Shown here piece after piece: positions 38,127 to 51,437 of a stretch of 64,000 bases of DNA (its first letter is position 1; every line of letters begins with the position of its first letter). Position numbers and translations under genes: made by a program. Where the stretch lies: NCBI GenBank assembly GCA_009602725.1, contig WELB01000018.1, positions 978,078-1,042,077 of the forward strand, in the 5' to 3' direction. The notes beneath the pieces were generated by a model. The model was given only the letters and a program-made list of their open reading frames with translations. It had not been told where the DNA came from and ran no database searches. The stretch comes from Spirogloea muscicola. Its lineage: Eukaryota.

Positions 38127-39370
38127 CACTGCATCCGCAGCATCTGGCCCCCCCCGCTGCATTCACAGCCGACCGCCCCATAGCAGCCGCTGCATCCACA
38201 GCCGACCGTCCTGCAGCCGCTGCATCCACAGCTGACCGCTCTGCAGCAGCCGCTGCATCCGCAGCCGACCGCGCCGCCGTCCAAGGAGGGCTGGATCGCG
38301 CGCTGGATGTATGTGAAGTCATGCTGTCTGATGTACACTGAGTGATCAATCCAGCTCCGACAGTCAGCAGATCACACACTCCACACTGCAATACAGGACA
38401 TCGCAAGCTGGTGCACCAACGAGCGAGCAAGCAAGGCAGCGCGCAACTCCACACCTCAATCAGCAGGCAGGCAGACAGCCGCAATGTGACCAAGACCGAT
38501 GCTCACGATCAATGCTGGTCACACGACTGACCTCACCACACAAAGGCTGCAAGCTCAAGCCACACCTCAAGAGTAGCGAACGCAGCAAGTGGTCCTCGAG
38601 GGTCAGTCCGCAGTCTGGCGTTGGTCGCCGGCTCACGGCGCAAGGATGACGCAGCACCCGGCGCTTCCACGGAGCCGTCCCACGGACCGACGTCTGGCAA
38701 GCACTTCAACTTTGACAGAAAAAGTTCAGGCCAGCATATCAAGGAGATCCTTGCATCATCAACGCGAGCACAAGAAGTCACAAGCGCGATGGATGCAAAA
38801 TCGCCTCTGATACCAAATTGTAGAGAACCTCGCCCTACACACGCAGTCAGGACGCAGTCAGGGTGAGCAGTCCTCGTTGAATTCGAGCATAGGGGGTTCA
38901 GAGGCCAACCCACTACACAAGGAAGCACTAGCGAATAGCGCAGCGGAAGACAGGCCCTGTGGCGCCGCCGTTCGACGGCGACTCCACCTCCTGGGCGCAG
39001 GCCAGCGTAGCAGGCCCCGCAGCGTAGTGCGGCGGCGGCTGCGGCGGCGAGCAGCGGCAAGGCTGCTCCCATGCTTCCCGGGCTCGAACTGATTATACAG
39101 CCTCAGCCCCCAACGCTCCTTGTGCTTCTCCGTGCCAACCCCCTCCAGGGGTGTGAGCGGGTCGCCCCAAGGCCCGCCTTGCGGCGGGCCCAAGATCCTT
39201 TGTTTGAACGGGCGAATCATCGAGGGGTATTTCGAACGGCGGGACCCCCCTCCGGGCGGGCCCTTGCGCGGCAAGCCAGCCCGCCACCTGGCGGGCCCAC
39301 TTGTCCCAAAAAGTCGGTCATGTTATGCCAACAGAGCCATGTGGCTTTACCAAACGGCTGGTTCATTACA

Positions 39371-41662
39371 GGTGCCGTGCTCTTGCAAGAGGGTCACCCA
39401 ATAGCGTATGAGAGTCGCCTGCTGATCCCTGCAGAGCGATATTACCCTACGGGCGAGCAGGTATTGCTGGCTGTGGTGCACGCCTTTCGTGTCTGGCGTA
39501 GCTACCTGGAGGGTGTGGGATTTACGGTGGTCACGGATCATCGCCCGTTGACGTATTATCACACACATCGGCATTTGTCTCGACCGTCAAGCTCGATGGG
39601 CTGAGTGTATGCAAACATTCCGTTTCCAGTGGGTGTACCCCGCCCTGGACGGCTGAATGTTGCGGACCCAGTGAGTCGACAACATTCGAGGGGCTGCTGT
39701 GTTGGCTACCTTGAAGTGGAGTGCGGGCTGCAGGCCTGCGTCCAACTCATCGAGCTTCTCGGCAACCCACCGCCGACCTCTCTGAGCTGTAGGTGCAGTA
39801 CTCGTGAAGGGTATGGCAAAGACCCATGGTTTGCTGAGGGAGCCAACGTATGCTCCCTCACCGATTACAAAGGCTTCTGGTGGCAAGGCGACGCTATTGT
39901 GGTCCCGAACTGCAGTGCCTTGCGCACTGACATCATGCACGAGCTGCATGATATGCCTTACGTGGTCATCTGGGATACAGCAAGACCAAACAGGCTTGCT
40001 TCGATCTCAAACAGACTATGACAGGTATCTGCATTTGTAATTATGCAAGTTACTGACAGTGACGTCTGCTTAGCTGAACCATCAGAGTACAGCGTGATCG
40101 GCAAAGATTTTTGACTATTGCCTGTGCTTTTGTCCGTACCACCAGTTGCAGTCTTAATTATGAAGTTGCTATGGACAACATTTGAAGACTGCAGCTTCAG
40201 TACTCATATTCTACCCCGATGTACAGGCTGGGCACCTGAGTCGACCAGAACCAAAGGAGGCCGCGACGACTCAATCTTCAACTGCCTGAACTGTTGTCCA
40301 GCATTGTAACAGATAGATTATTTATTTCTCACTTGGTGTCCTGCAAGGTGCAGAGCCAGTGTGTCATAAGTCGAGCCATACCATACGGATGGCCGTATTC
40401 AACCGCCCCCACCTTCCCTCGTTATAGATGGCGAGAAGGATTTTCAAGTGGAGGAGGTTTTGTCTCACAGGGACAAACTCCGTGGGCGTCGAAGTCCCGT
40501 GAGTTCCTTATCAAGTGGCTCGGCTATGGGCCTGAGCACGATACGTGGGAAACTGCGGTCAATGTTGCCCATTGTCGCTCCCGCGTCCAGAAGTATTTGA
40601 CACGCAACCACGCCTCTTATCTCCGAAGTCCAGTATTTTCCCGCCGGGCTTAATCCCCCTGGGTTGAGCCCCTGTGGTGCTCCATTCTCGCTCCGAGGAC
40701 GTGAATATCTAAGTGGGGAGGTATGTAACGTTCCCCCCGTTCGGGCGTGCCAACGGTGCCGGTAACCTTACATGAGCTTATCGTATCTACCATTTTAAGA
40801 CTTAAACGGTGCGGGTAACATCGCTGCACTCCGTGTAGCTAAGTACTGTCCGAAGCCCCCGGGCTCCGTACCGCACGTGCAGGCGGCCTCGCCCGCCAGC
40901 TTGTCCGGGAGGCGCTGCTTCGCTCGCGCGCAGCAGTCCGGAATTGTCGTACTCGTTCCGGCGGACGCTAATTTGCTCGCGCGCGGCTTGGTCCGGGGAT
41001 TTAACTCCATCCGCCAGGCGCCGCTTCCTTCGCGCGCGGGAGCGCCTGGCAGATCCATCGTGCCCCCTGGAATTCCCCTCCAGCCGCCAGGCGCCGCTTC
41101 GCTCGCGCGCAGCAGCGTCCGGCAGATCCATCGTGTTTACTGGACTCTCACTCCAGCCCCATGCGCTGCTTCCCCCGCGCGCGGCAGCGTCCGGCATATT
41201 CGTCGTTCCCCTTGTCTGGCCCGCCCCTACGGGGGAGGGCCATGGGGGCGACCCTTGTCACGCCCTCTGGGGGGGGGGTGGCAGGAGAAACGCTACAAGT
41301 AGTGAGTGGGCCTTGGCCGGGACCCCTCAGTCCGACCAGCGTCGAGAGAGACACAGCCCTGCTGCTGCCTAGCCAGCTCCGCTGCTGCCTGCTGCCGCCG
41401 CCACCGCCACAGCTCTGCTGCTGCCGTCTGCGGCCTAGCCCGTCGCCACAGCTCGTCACTGCGGGCCTCGCCGGCTCTCTGTAAGTCTATTGGTATAGTC
41501 ACCGCCCTAGGGCGGTGCCTCAGGGTGAAACTTCCGCTGCGCTCTGTGCGCGTATGTGCGTTGGCGTTCTCTTGTATGAGGGTTGTCTCCTCAACACCCT
41601 ATGCTTGAATCCACACTAGGACATTCTGACCCTACTGTGTGATGAGGGACAGGGATGCTACA
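39371..41662 (+). mobile_element. Internally deleted chromovirus 3' part: RH, start of INT, captured insert, CHD, PPT, 3' LTR family B (40724-41662)
   Basis: GAVLLQEGHPIAYESR, EFLIKWLGYGPEHDTWE; PPT AAGTGGGGAGGTA at 40711-40723. Confidence 0.85.
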
Positions 41663-42444
41663 GCAAAGATGCTGTTCCAAAGCATCCACTACAAGTCAAC
41701 CCTTTGAGATTCAAAGGCGGAGACGAGCACTCACCCAGAGTACTCTGATGCATTAGCCAGCTGCAGGCAGTTAGTGCCGGTATTGAGCGAGCAATAAGGG
41801 ATACACTGCACAGGAATACTCTGCACTTAGCTGGCTAATGGTCAAATCTCGCTACCCAGCAATATGGCCAACGGTAAAGGCCACTCGAGCAGGACACTGG
41901 GACCCACATGGTCTTGTCCATGCCCGCCAAGTGTGCCATGACACGTGGTCATCACAACGGGAAACTGGCGAGGAATTGACCAAGCAGTGGCTGCAGAGGG
42001 TGCTGACAATATCTGCCAAGCTTGATTCCGCAAGCTCACTCAGCCCACAGCTGTAATTTCACGTGATCAAAAGCTGCAGAGAGTCGAGGACTTCCACTGG
42101 AAGTAGGTGACACTGAAGTGCGACTGACCAGGGCCCACGTCGTGCCATATCATGTCGAGTGCCACATAACGTCGATACAACAGATGAGTCAGAATTTCAG
42201 GTGAAATGTGCGAGTCTACGTGACCGGCGGCGCACCACATTGTGCATAAAAGAAAAGTACACGAATTTAGGTGTTCCTAAGTTTGCAGACAATAGCATTT
42301 CTGAATTTCTGAAAAGATATAGGAAAAGTGTGGTAAGAGACCTGGAGCTTGTGATGGATGATTGCAACTTACCCCCTGAAGATGCGGATGTTGAGAGGAA
42401 GATACACGGCACTCGATGCAGTGAAACCCAAGTCAAGCAATAGT

Positions 42445-42660
42445 AGCCCAGCGCAGCAGCGCAGATTCCAGTTACTTTACCGGCGCAGCAGTGCAAATTC
42501 CAGGTAACAGTGACCAGCGCAGCAGCGCCAATTTCAGGTAACAGTATTCCTCCGCGCAACAGCGCAAATGCCAGGTGACCGTAACCTGCGCAGCAGCGCA
42601 AATGCCAGGTGATAGTAACCCGCGCAGCAGCGCAAATGCCAGGTGACAGTAACAAGATCC
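42445..42660. repeat. Degenerate tandem repeat, ~32-40 bp unit (GCGCAGCAGCGCAAATGCCAGGTGACAGTAACC)
   Basis: About six to seven imperfect units visible. Confidence 0.75.
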
Positions 42661-43519
42661 GGTAATGGGACCTCTTAAGCAAGCAGATGACGCAAGACTG
42701 TATATGACAACAGCCTCAGAGCAGATCGAGGCAATACTTGATATCTGCACCTCACACAAAAGGTCACGATATTCGTGGTTTACCTGTGTCGCCGATTCTG
42801 ACGCGACCGGCGGCAAAGTCCCCCGGGGTAAGGCTTTCAAAGAGCGCAGCTGCCCTCCCTGTGAGCCCACGCCTTCCTGGCGTGGCCTGACAGCAGCGAA
42901 GACGCCCAACGGCAATGCGGCGGCGGCGGCGGCACTGGGTGCAGTTCTGGCAAGAGCAAAAGACTGGGCCGAGTGGACTGCTCGGCCCCGACCCTGCGCA
43001 CCCCTTATCATTAATCAAGCAAAGAGTTATCTTAAATTTTGGGGGCTGGCCATTTGGCCTTTTGGCACCCCAGGTCTCAAGGCCAGTGTAGTCTGACACC
43101 GTCTCAAAGACCAGTGTAGCCCGAGACTGTCATTTCTACCACTACCTACCTTTATTGGCCGCTAGCCTGGCCGGTACCCGCCATCGCTCGTCAAGGTGGG
43201 GGCACACCCATCGAAGCGGGCGTAGGGCTTTTCGGCTTCTTTTGGGCTTCATTTGAGCGGTTCGGGCGGCAGGAAGGGCTGCTTGCCGTTGATGGGGAAG
43301 GCACGGCGGCGGATCGGATGGTGCTCCGACACCGAGCCAGATTGGTGCTAATCTTTCCTGACTGACGTGGAGCCGGAGGTGACCTGGTTGCGACTCAGTC
43401 ACACGAGCAAATGTGAGTCCACCTGTTATGTCCACGTATACTACCACGTCACCATCGACACAAATGGACCACCGACGGGATATCTTATGACAACCAAGGC
43501 CTTGCGGTCAAGGACCTCA

Positions 43520-46264
43520 TACGTGTCGACCCCGGTCGTACGGGAGTGGCCTGTGCCAAAAACTGTCCCTGCATTGCGCTCCTTTTTGGGAATCGCAAAC
43601 TATTTGAGGAAGTTCCTAAAAGGCTATGGGAACTTGGCACTTCCTCTTACGAAATTGACTCGTAAGGACGTACCTTGGGAACGGTCGTCCGAATGCCAGA
43701 GTGCATATGAAGGGATACAGCAGGCACTGACCTCTCCGCCTGTGTTGGCCTTCCCTCGTGAAGGAGTGCCATATGAGCTTGTCTGCGACGCCTCTTTGAC
43801 CGGCATTGGTGCCGTGCTCTTGCAAGAGGGTCACCCGATAGCGTTTGAGAGTCGCCTGCTCATCCCTGCAGAACGAAATTACACTACGGGCGAGCAGGAA
43901 TTGCTGGCTGTGGTGCACGCCTTACGTGTCTGGCGTTGCTACCTGGAAGGTGTGGCATTTGCGGTTGTCACGGATCATTGCCCGTTGACATATTTCCACA
44001 CACAGCAGCATTTGACTCGGCGTCAAGCTCGATAGTCGGAGTGCATTGCACAATTCGACTTCCAATGGGTTTATCGCCCTGGCCGTCTTAATGTTGCGGA
44101 CCCTGTGAGTCGCAACAATAGCGGCGCTGCTGCGTTGGCCACCTTGAATGCTTCTGGAGTGCCGGCTGCTGAATTGCGTCCGACTCGTCAAGCTTCTGAG
44201 CTACCCACGGCAGACCTCTCTGAGCTCTATGTCCGTATCCGTCAAGGGTATGGCACCGACCCGTGGTTTGCTGAGGCCGCCAACGTGAGTGTCCTCACCG
44301 ATGACAAAGGCTTTTGGTGGCAAGGTGACGCTAATGTGGTCCCGGACTGCAATGCCTTGCGCACTGACATAATGCAGGAGCTGCATGATCCGCCTTACAG
44401 TGGTCATCTGGGCGTGGGCAAAACCCAAAAGGCTGTGCGACGCCTCTTTTGGTGGCCGGGCTTTTCAGCCCAGGTGCGCGCTTTTGTGGTCAGTTGTGCC
44501 ACATGCCAGCGTAGTAAGGCAATCCCTGGCAAACCTGCCGGTTTACTTCAGCCGTTGCAGATTCCGGAGCGGAATGGTCTGATGTAAGTGTGGATTTCAT
44601 CACACAATCGCCTAAGACGCGGAATGGCTATGATGCCATTGTTGTCTTTGTGGATCGCTTGAGTAAATTGGTGCATTTTGCTCCTACAACTACGCGGGTT
44701 TCTGCGAAGGATTTCGCTGGCATCTTTGTGGATAAAGTGAGGAAATTGCATGGCGTACCTGAGAGGATGGTCTCGGACCGCGATCCTCGCTTTACAGGTC
44801 ACTTCTGGACAGAAGTTTGCAAGATTCTTGGCACGCAACAAGCCATGTCCACAGCCTTTCATCCACAAACTGATGGTCAAACTGAGCGCATGAATCGAGT
44901 TCTCGAGGACATGTCGAGGCACTTCGTCAACCCTAGCCAGACTGACTGGGATGAGTATATGGCTCCAGCTGAATATGCTGTGAACAATGCCTATCATGCG
45001 TCCACAAAGGAGACTCCATTCTTCCTTAACTATGGTCAGCATCCCCGAGCTCCACTTCAGGTAGGGAGGCCGGAACGGGTTCCCGCCACGGTAGCCTTTA
45101 CTGGGACTCTCTTGGAGGCTCAGAGACGAGCTCGGCATTTCTTGGAAATTGCTCAGAGTCGCCAGAAGGCTTATGCTGACAAACATCGGAAGGACGTCTC
45201 CTTCGATGTTGGTGCACAAGTGCTGCTTAGCACAAAGCACTTATCCTTGCGGGCTGTGGGTACGCGCAAATTGCTACTTAAGTGGATTGGACCATTTGCA
45301 GTAGTACGCCTTGTGGGCAAGGTGTCCTACGAGCTCAAGACACCAGTGCATTGGAAGGTACATAACGTCTTCCATGTGTCTCAGCTGAGGGCCTTCCTTT
45401 CGGATGGTCGTGTCCAACCGCCCCCACCTCCACTACTGATCGAGGATGCTCTTGAGTTTGAGGTGGAAGAGATCTTGTCTCATAGGGGCAAACCTCGAGG
45501 GCGTAAGACCCGTGAGTATCTGGTGAAGTGGCTCGGGTATGGGCCTGAGCACAACACGTGGGAGCCTGCGGCCAATTTGGCAAATTGTCCGGATGCTCTC
45601 ACGGAATACCTGGCCAAGGTTGGTGATGCTCCTAGGCTTGGTCGAGGCAGCATCCGTCAGGTGTAAAATCTGTCGGTTGTTCTCTCGAGGTTCTCGAGAA
45701 CGTGAACACCAGAGTGGGGAGGTATGTAGTGAAGCAGCCGTTTGGTTAAGCCACATGGCTCTGTTGGCATTAAATGACCGACTATTTGGGCCAGGTGGCC
45801 TGCCAGCTGCCAGGCTGGCTGGTCGGTGGCCCGCCCGGGTGCGGGTCCCGCCCGTCCGGAAATACCCCTCAAGGATCCGCCCGGCCAAGGGAAAATCTTT
45901 GGGCCTGCCGCAAGGCGGGCCTTGGGGCGAACCTGCTCACACCCCTGGAGGGGGGGTGGCACGGGGAAGCACTAAGGAGCCTCAGGGGCGGAGGCTCATC
46001 AATCAATTCGAGCCGAGGAAGCCTTGGAGCAGCCTTGCCGCTGCTCGCCGCCGCAGCCGCCGCCGCACTGCGCTGCGGGGCCTGCTGCGCCGGCCTGCGC
46101 CCAGGAGCTGGAGTCGCCGTCAAGGCGGCGCCATAGGGCCTGTCTTCCGCTGCGCTATGCGCTAGTGCTTCCTTGTGTAGTGGGTTGGCCCCTAGACCCC
46201 CTATGCTCGAATACAATAAGGACTCTCTCCCTCTAACTGCGTGTTCAGGGCGAGATTCGTCACA
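43520..46264 (+). mobile_element. 3' part of family A chromovirus: RH-INT-CHD, PPT, 3' LTR 45725-46264
   Basis: Open 358-aa ORF 44590-45666 with DFIT..SDRD..TERMN (DDE core), GPF motif and chromodomain; PPT at 45711-45724. Confidence 0.92.
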
Positions 46265-47160
46265 GTCAGGGTGCCGCCCACCTGCAGCACCGGGTGCTGT
46301 GCCGTGCTTCATAGGCCAGCTACACACCGGGCACAGGTGGTTACGCAGGCGAAACATTGACCAGGCAATGGAAAGTGCAACCGGGATGAGGAGCCACCCA
46401 GCATCTTGAAGACCGGTGCGTGGATGTCGAAGGCGAAAGGGTGGCACACTTGCCGCTTTGCCGATGACGGCTCCACGTACACACTGGAAACATGGCCTCG
46501 CTTACAGAGAGAATAGGTCCAGCATTCAGAAGGATCCTTGCACTGTCAGCAGTAAAACACAACCTTTTACGTGACTGGCTAGATGCAAGATCACCTCTGA
46601 TAACAATGTACCATCCCTGTCCCTAATCACACAGTTAGGGTCAGAACGTCCTGTTTGGGTTTCGGACATAGGGTGTTCTGGAGACAACCCCCTTACAGTG
46701 TGGAACGCCAGCGCACACATCGCACACGTACGCGCACATAGCGCAGCGGAGTTCTTACCCTGAGGCACGGCCGGAAGGCGGCGACTCGGCCGAGGGTCAG
46801 CAGCTGTCCCCGCAAGGGGCTCAGCCATGCTACTACAGAGAGCCGGCGAGGCCCGCAGCGACGAGCTGCGGCGACGGGCTGGGCAGCAGGCGGCACCAGC
46901 AGCGCTGTGGCAACGACTGCAGCAGCAGGCAGCAGCAGCAGAGCTGTGGCGGCGGCTGCGGCAGCAGGCAGCAGCAGGGCTGTGCCTCTCTTGGCGTCAC
47001 GGTTCCGACTGAGGAGACTGGCCTCGGCCTATTACTGATAAGCGTTCGATCTGCCACACCCCACTGAGGGTGTGACGAGGGTTGCCCCCAAAGTCCTCCC
47101 TCGAAGGGGCGGGCCTGACCAACTGGGACACGGAGCGACGCCCTTTGGGCGGTACATGGA
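46265..47160 (-). mobile_element. Partial family B 5' LTR (from 46607) with PBS and leader
   Basis: PBS-like reverse complement CACCTCTGATAACA at 46592-46605 next to TGTACCATCCCTGTCCC. Confidence 0.75.
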
Positions 47161-47164
47161 AACA

Positions 47165-49069
47165 CGAAGGCTTGTAAAGGTTTGAGAGCAAACCCACAAC
47201 ACAAGTGAAGCACTAGCGCATCGGCGCAGAGGAAGACAGGCCCTGTAGTGCCGCCGTCCGGCGGCGACTCCACCTCCTGGGCGCAGGCCGGCGCAGCAGG
47301 CCCCACAGCAGAGTGCGGCGGCGGCTGCGGCGGCGAGCAGCGGCAAGGTTGCTCCTGAGCTTCACTGATGAGAACTGCTTGTCGAGCCTTAGCCCCCAAG
47401 GCTCCTCGAGCTTCCCCGTGCCACCCCCCCTCCAGCGGTGTGAGCGGGTCGCCCCAAGGCCTGCCTTGCGGCGGGCCAAAGATCCTCCGTTTTAACGGAC
47501 GAATCCTGGCGAGGGGTATTTCGAACTGTCGGGGCCCACCTCCGGGCGTTGCCCGGCAAGCCAGCCCGCCACCTGGCGGGCCCACTTGTCGCAAGTAGCC
47601 GATCATGTAATGCCAACACGAGCCATGTAGCTTAACCAAACGGCTGGTTCATTACATACCTCCCCACTCTGGTGTTCACGTCCTCGAAAATAACAAGCCA
47701 ACAGTCGACAGGGATTAAGAGCCTGACAGCTGCTACCTCTACCAAGCCTAGGAGAATTACCAACCTTGGCCAGGTATTCCCTGAGAGCATCTAGACAATC
47801 TGCCAAATTGGCCGCAGGCTCCCGCGTATTGTGCTCAGGCCCATCCCCGAGCCACTTCACCAGATATTCACGGGTATTGCGCCCTCGAGGCTCGTCCCTG
47901 TGAGACAAGATCTTTTCCACCTCAAACTCAAGATCATCCTCGATGACTATTGGAGGTGGGGGCGGTTGGACACGACCATCCGAAAGGAAGGCCCTCAGCT
48001 GAGACACACGGGAAGACGTTTTGGACCTTCCAATCCACCAGTGTCTTCAGCTCGTAAGACACCTTGCCCACAAGGCGTAATACTGCAAATGGTCCAACCC
48101 ATTTGAGCAGTAACATGCGCGTACCCACAGCCCGCAAAGATAAGTGCTTTGTGCTTAGCAGCACTTGCGCACCAACATCGAAGGACACGTCCTTCCGATG
48201 TTTGCACACAAGCCTTCTGGCGACTTTGAGCAATTTCCAAGAATTGCTTAGCTCGTCTCTGAGCCTCCAAGAGGGTCACGGTAAAGGCTACTGCGGCGGG
48301 AACTCGTTCCGGCCTCCCTACCTGAAGTGGAGCTCGGGGATGCTGACCATAGTTGAGGAAGAATGGAGTCTCCTTTGGGGACGCAAGATAGGTGTTATTG
48401 ACATCATATTCAGCTGGAGCCAAATACCCATCCCAGTCAGTCTGGCTGGGGTTGACGAAGTGCCTCAACATGTCCTCGAGAACTCCATTCAATCTCTCAG
48501 TTTGGCCATCCGTTTGTGAATGAAATGCTGTGGACATGGCCTGTTTCGTGCCAATAAGCTTGCAAACTTTTTTCCAAAAGTGACCTGTAAAGCGAGGATC
48601 GCGGTACGAGACCAATCTCTTAGGTACTCCATGCAGCTTCCACACCTTATCCACAAAGATGCCAGCGAAATCCTTCGCTGATACCCGCGTAGTGTGGGAG
48701 CAGAATGCATCATTTTACTCAAGTGATCTACAAAGACGACATTGGCATCTTAGCCGTTCCGCGTCTTAGGCAATTTTTTGATATACTCCACACTTAAATC
48801 TAACCAATTCCGCTCCGGAATCTGCAAGGGCTGAAGTAATCCGGCACGTTTCCAGAGATTGCCTTCTTACGCTGGCATGTGGCATAACTGACCACAAAAG
48901 CGCGCACCTGGGTTGCAAAAATCTTCCACCAAAATAGGCGTCGCACAGCCTTATGGTTTTACTCACTCTCAGATGACCACTATAAGGCGTATCATGCAGC
49001 TCCTGCATTATGTCAGTGCGCAAGGCATTGCAGTCCAGGACCACAATAGCGTCGCCTTGCCACCAGAAG
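47165..49069 (-). mobile_element. Family A 3' LTR (partial, ends 47656), PPT and INT-CHD fragment
   Basis: TACCTCCCCACTCT after the LTR; TERLNGVLEDMLR; EYLVKWLG. Confidence 0.88.
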
Positions 49070-51437
49070 TGAAACTTTGGAAGTCCTAGACACGCAATTA
49101 GGCGTTAGTACGTCCTGGTTTGAGTTCGGACCTAGGGAGTTTAGGAACTACCCCCTTTACAGAGTGGAAACGCCAGTGCACACAGAACACATACGCGCAT
49201 ACCGCGCAGCCGAAGTCTTACCTTGAGGCACCGCCGAAAGGCGGCGAGTCTACTCAGGGTCTGGCTTAGTATCTCCAGATGGGGCGCAAGCATGGCACTT
49301 ACGGAGAGCCGGCGATGGATGCAGCGACGAGCTGCAGCGACGGGCTGAGCAGCAGACGGCAGCAGCAGAGCTGTGGCGGAGGCTGCGGCAGCAGGCAAGC
49401 AGGGCTGTGCCTCTCTCGGCGTTACGGGTCCGACTGGGCAGTCTGGCCTCGGCTTACTACAGATAGCGTTCCACCTGCCACCCCTCCCCCGAGGGTGTGA
49501 CGAGGGTCTCCCAGGGCCCACCTCGGGGGGGCGGGCCCAACAATGGGGACACAGAATACGTGTGTGACGAGGGGAGCCCCAGGGGCCCACCCTTGGCGGG
49601 GCTCGCTCGAGAGCGAGCCCGACATTGGGAATAGCTACACAGAGTGCAGAGGATTGACCGGCACCGTGGAAGACGCCCCAACGGTCACGAGACGATAATG
49701 GAAGGTTTCCGGCACCGCTGGCACGCCCCAACGGCGGAAACGTTACATACCTCCCCACTTAGGTGTCACGTCCTCGGGAACAAGGACACAATAGCAGAGG
49801 AAAATCAACCTGAAGATATTACATCTGACGGGTGCGTAAAGCACTACGACGCATAGGTGGGACATGCCCCTGTGCAAGGTGTTTAAGGAGAACGGACGGG
49901 CAATTGGCAAGATTGGCCGCAGGTTCCCACGTATTGTGCTCAGGCCCATAGCCTAGCCACTTGACAAGATACTCGCGGGACTTACGTCGCCCACGGAGGT
50001 TGTCGCGGTGAGACAAGATCTCCTCCACCTCAAACTCTTCCTAACCTGCAACAACAAGGGGGGGTGGGGGCGGTTGGACACGACCATCCGCATGGAATGG
50101 CTCGAGCTGGGATACATGGAATACTCTGTGGATCTTCCACCGTACAGGGGTATCCAGCTCATATGCAACCTTGCCGACCAGGCGCACGAAACAAAAGGGT
50201 CCAACCCACTTGTGCAGCAACTTAGGCGTCCCGACAGTCCGCAGGGAGAGATGCTTTGTGCTTAGTAGCACTTGAGCACCCACGTCCAAAGATACATCAC
50301 GACGACATCGATCAGCATACTCCTTTTGCCGTTGCTGGGCAATCTCCAAGCATTGCCGAGCCCTCCGCTGAGCTTCCAGGAGGTTACCGGTAAAGGTTAC
50401 TGCGGCCGGCACACGTTCCGGCCTCCCCATCTGTAAAGGTGCTCGGGGATGCTGACCTTAATTAAGGAAGAAAGTTGTGATTTTAGAGGACTCATGGAAC
50501 AATGCCTTTGCATTGTTCATGAGTCCACTGCGTACTCCGCTGGAGCAAGATACTCGTCCCAGTCAATTTGGCTGGGGTTTACATAGTGCCGTAACATGTC
50601 CTCCAAAACCCGGTTAAACCTTTCCGTCTGACCATCCGTTGGGGGGTGGAAAGCCGTGGACATGAATTGCTGGGTGCCAATCAGCCTGCACACTTCCTCC
50701 CAGAAGTGCCCCGTAAAGCGAGGATCGCGGTCAGACACGATACGCTCGGGAACTCCGTGCAGTTTCCATATACGATCCTCGAATATACCAGCAAACTTCG
50801 AGGCGGTCACTTTTGTGGTTGTAGGCACAAAATGCGCCTAAATATTTAAATGATCCGCAAAGACGACAATGGCGTCATAGCCGTTTCGCGTCATAGGCAA
50901 CTGGGTGATGAAATTCAACTTACATCATACCGATCCCTCGGAGGAACCCCAACGGTTGGAGCAGCCCGGCAGGCTTATGAGAGCGTGCCTTACTGCGCTG
51001 GCAGGTGGTGGCACAAGTCTTCACAAAAACATCCATTTGGTCTTTCCAGTCCGGCCACCAAAAGAGAAGCTGGACAGCTTTCTTTGTCTTTCCCATACCC
51101 AAATGACCATTATACGGAGGCTCATGCAGCTCTTGTAGGATACTGCTTCGCAAGGCATTGCAGTCGGGGACCACAATGGCGTCTCTTCGCCACCAAAGCC
51201 TTGGTCATTACGAATGTGCGATTGGTTTCACTTGCAAACCATGGGTCTGTGCCATACCCATCTCGAATACGCACATACAGCTCAGAGAGGTTGGCGGTGG
51301 ACTGCCGAGCAGCTCCGCGAGTAGGCCGCACGTCTGCGGTCCCAACTACTGAAGCGTGCAAAACAACAGTCACACCAGCCCCTGCAATGTTGCGGCTTAC
51401 CGGGTCCGCAACATTCATCCTTCCAGGGCGTACTCCC

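Larger units (their letters stand above)
33745..39370 (-). mobile_element. 5' half of family A chromovirus: 5' LTR 38819-39370, PBS, gag, extra domain, protease; interrupted by three solo LTRs
   Basis: PBS reverse complement CTCTGATACCA near 38804-38814; gag LASTYLTGEPREWW, knuckle remnant CGDQGHLLRDC; protease FLVDSGASVSF..ILGDDWL. Confidence 0.88.

Noticed and set aside
23002..39370. One outer element spanning 23002-39370 with 26417-33744 as a clean nested insertion
   Set aside because: The outer LTRs are from different families (B vs A), the flanks CTGCA/GCGAG are not a TSD, and the RT N-terminus is missing
42445..42660. CRISPR-like array
   Set aside because: Degenerate tandem units without unique spacers, no cas genes, eukaryotic context
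47360..47400. Hammerhead ribozyme (retrozyme) from CTGATGAG in an LTR
   Set aside because: No matching GAAA core or stems, and the motif is not conserved in other LTR copies
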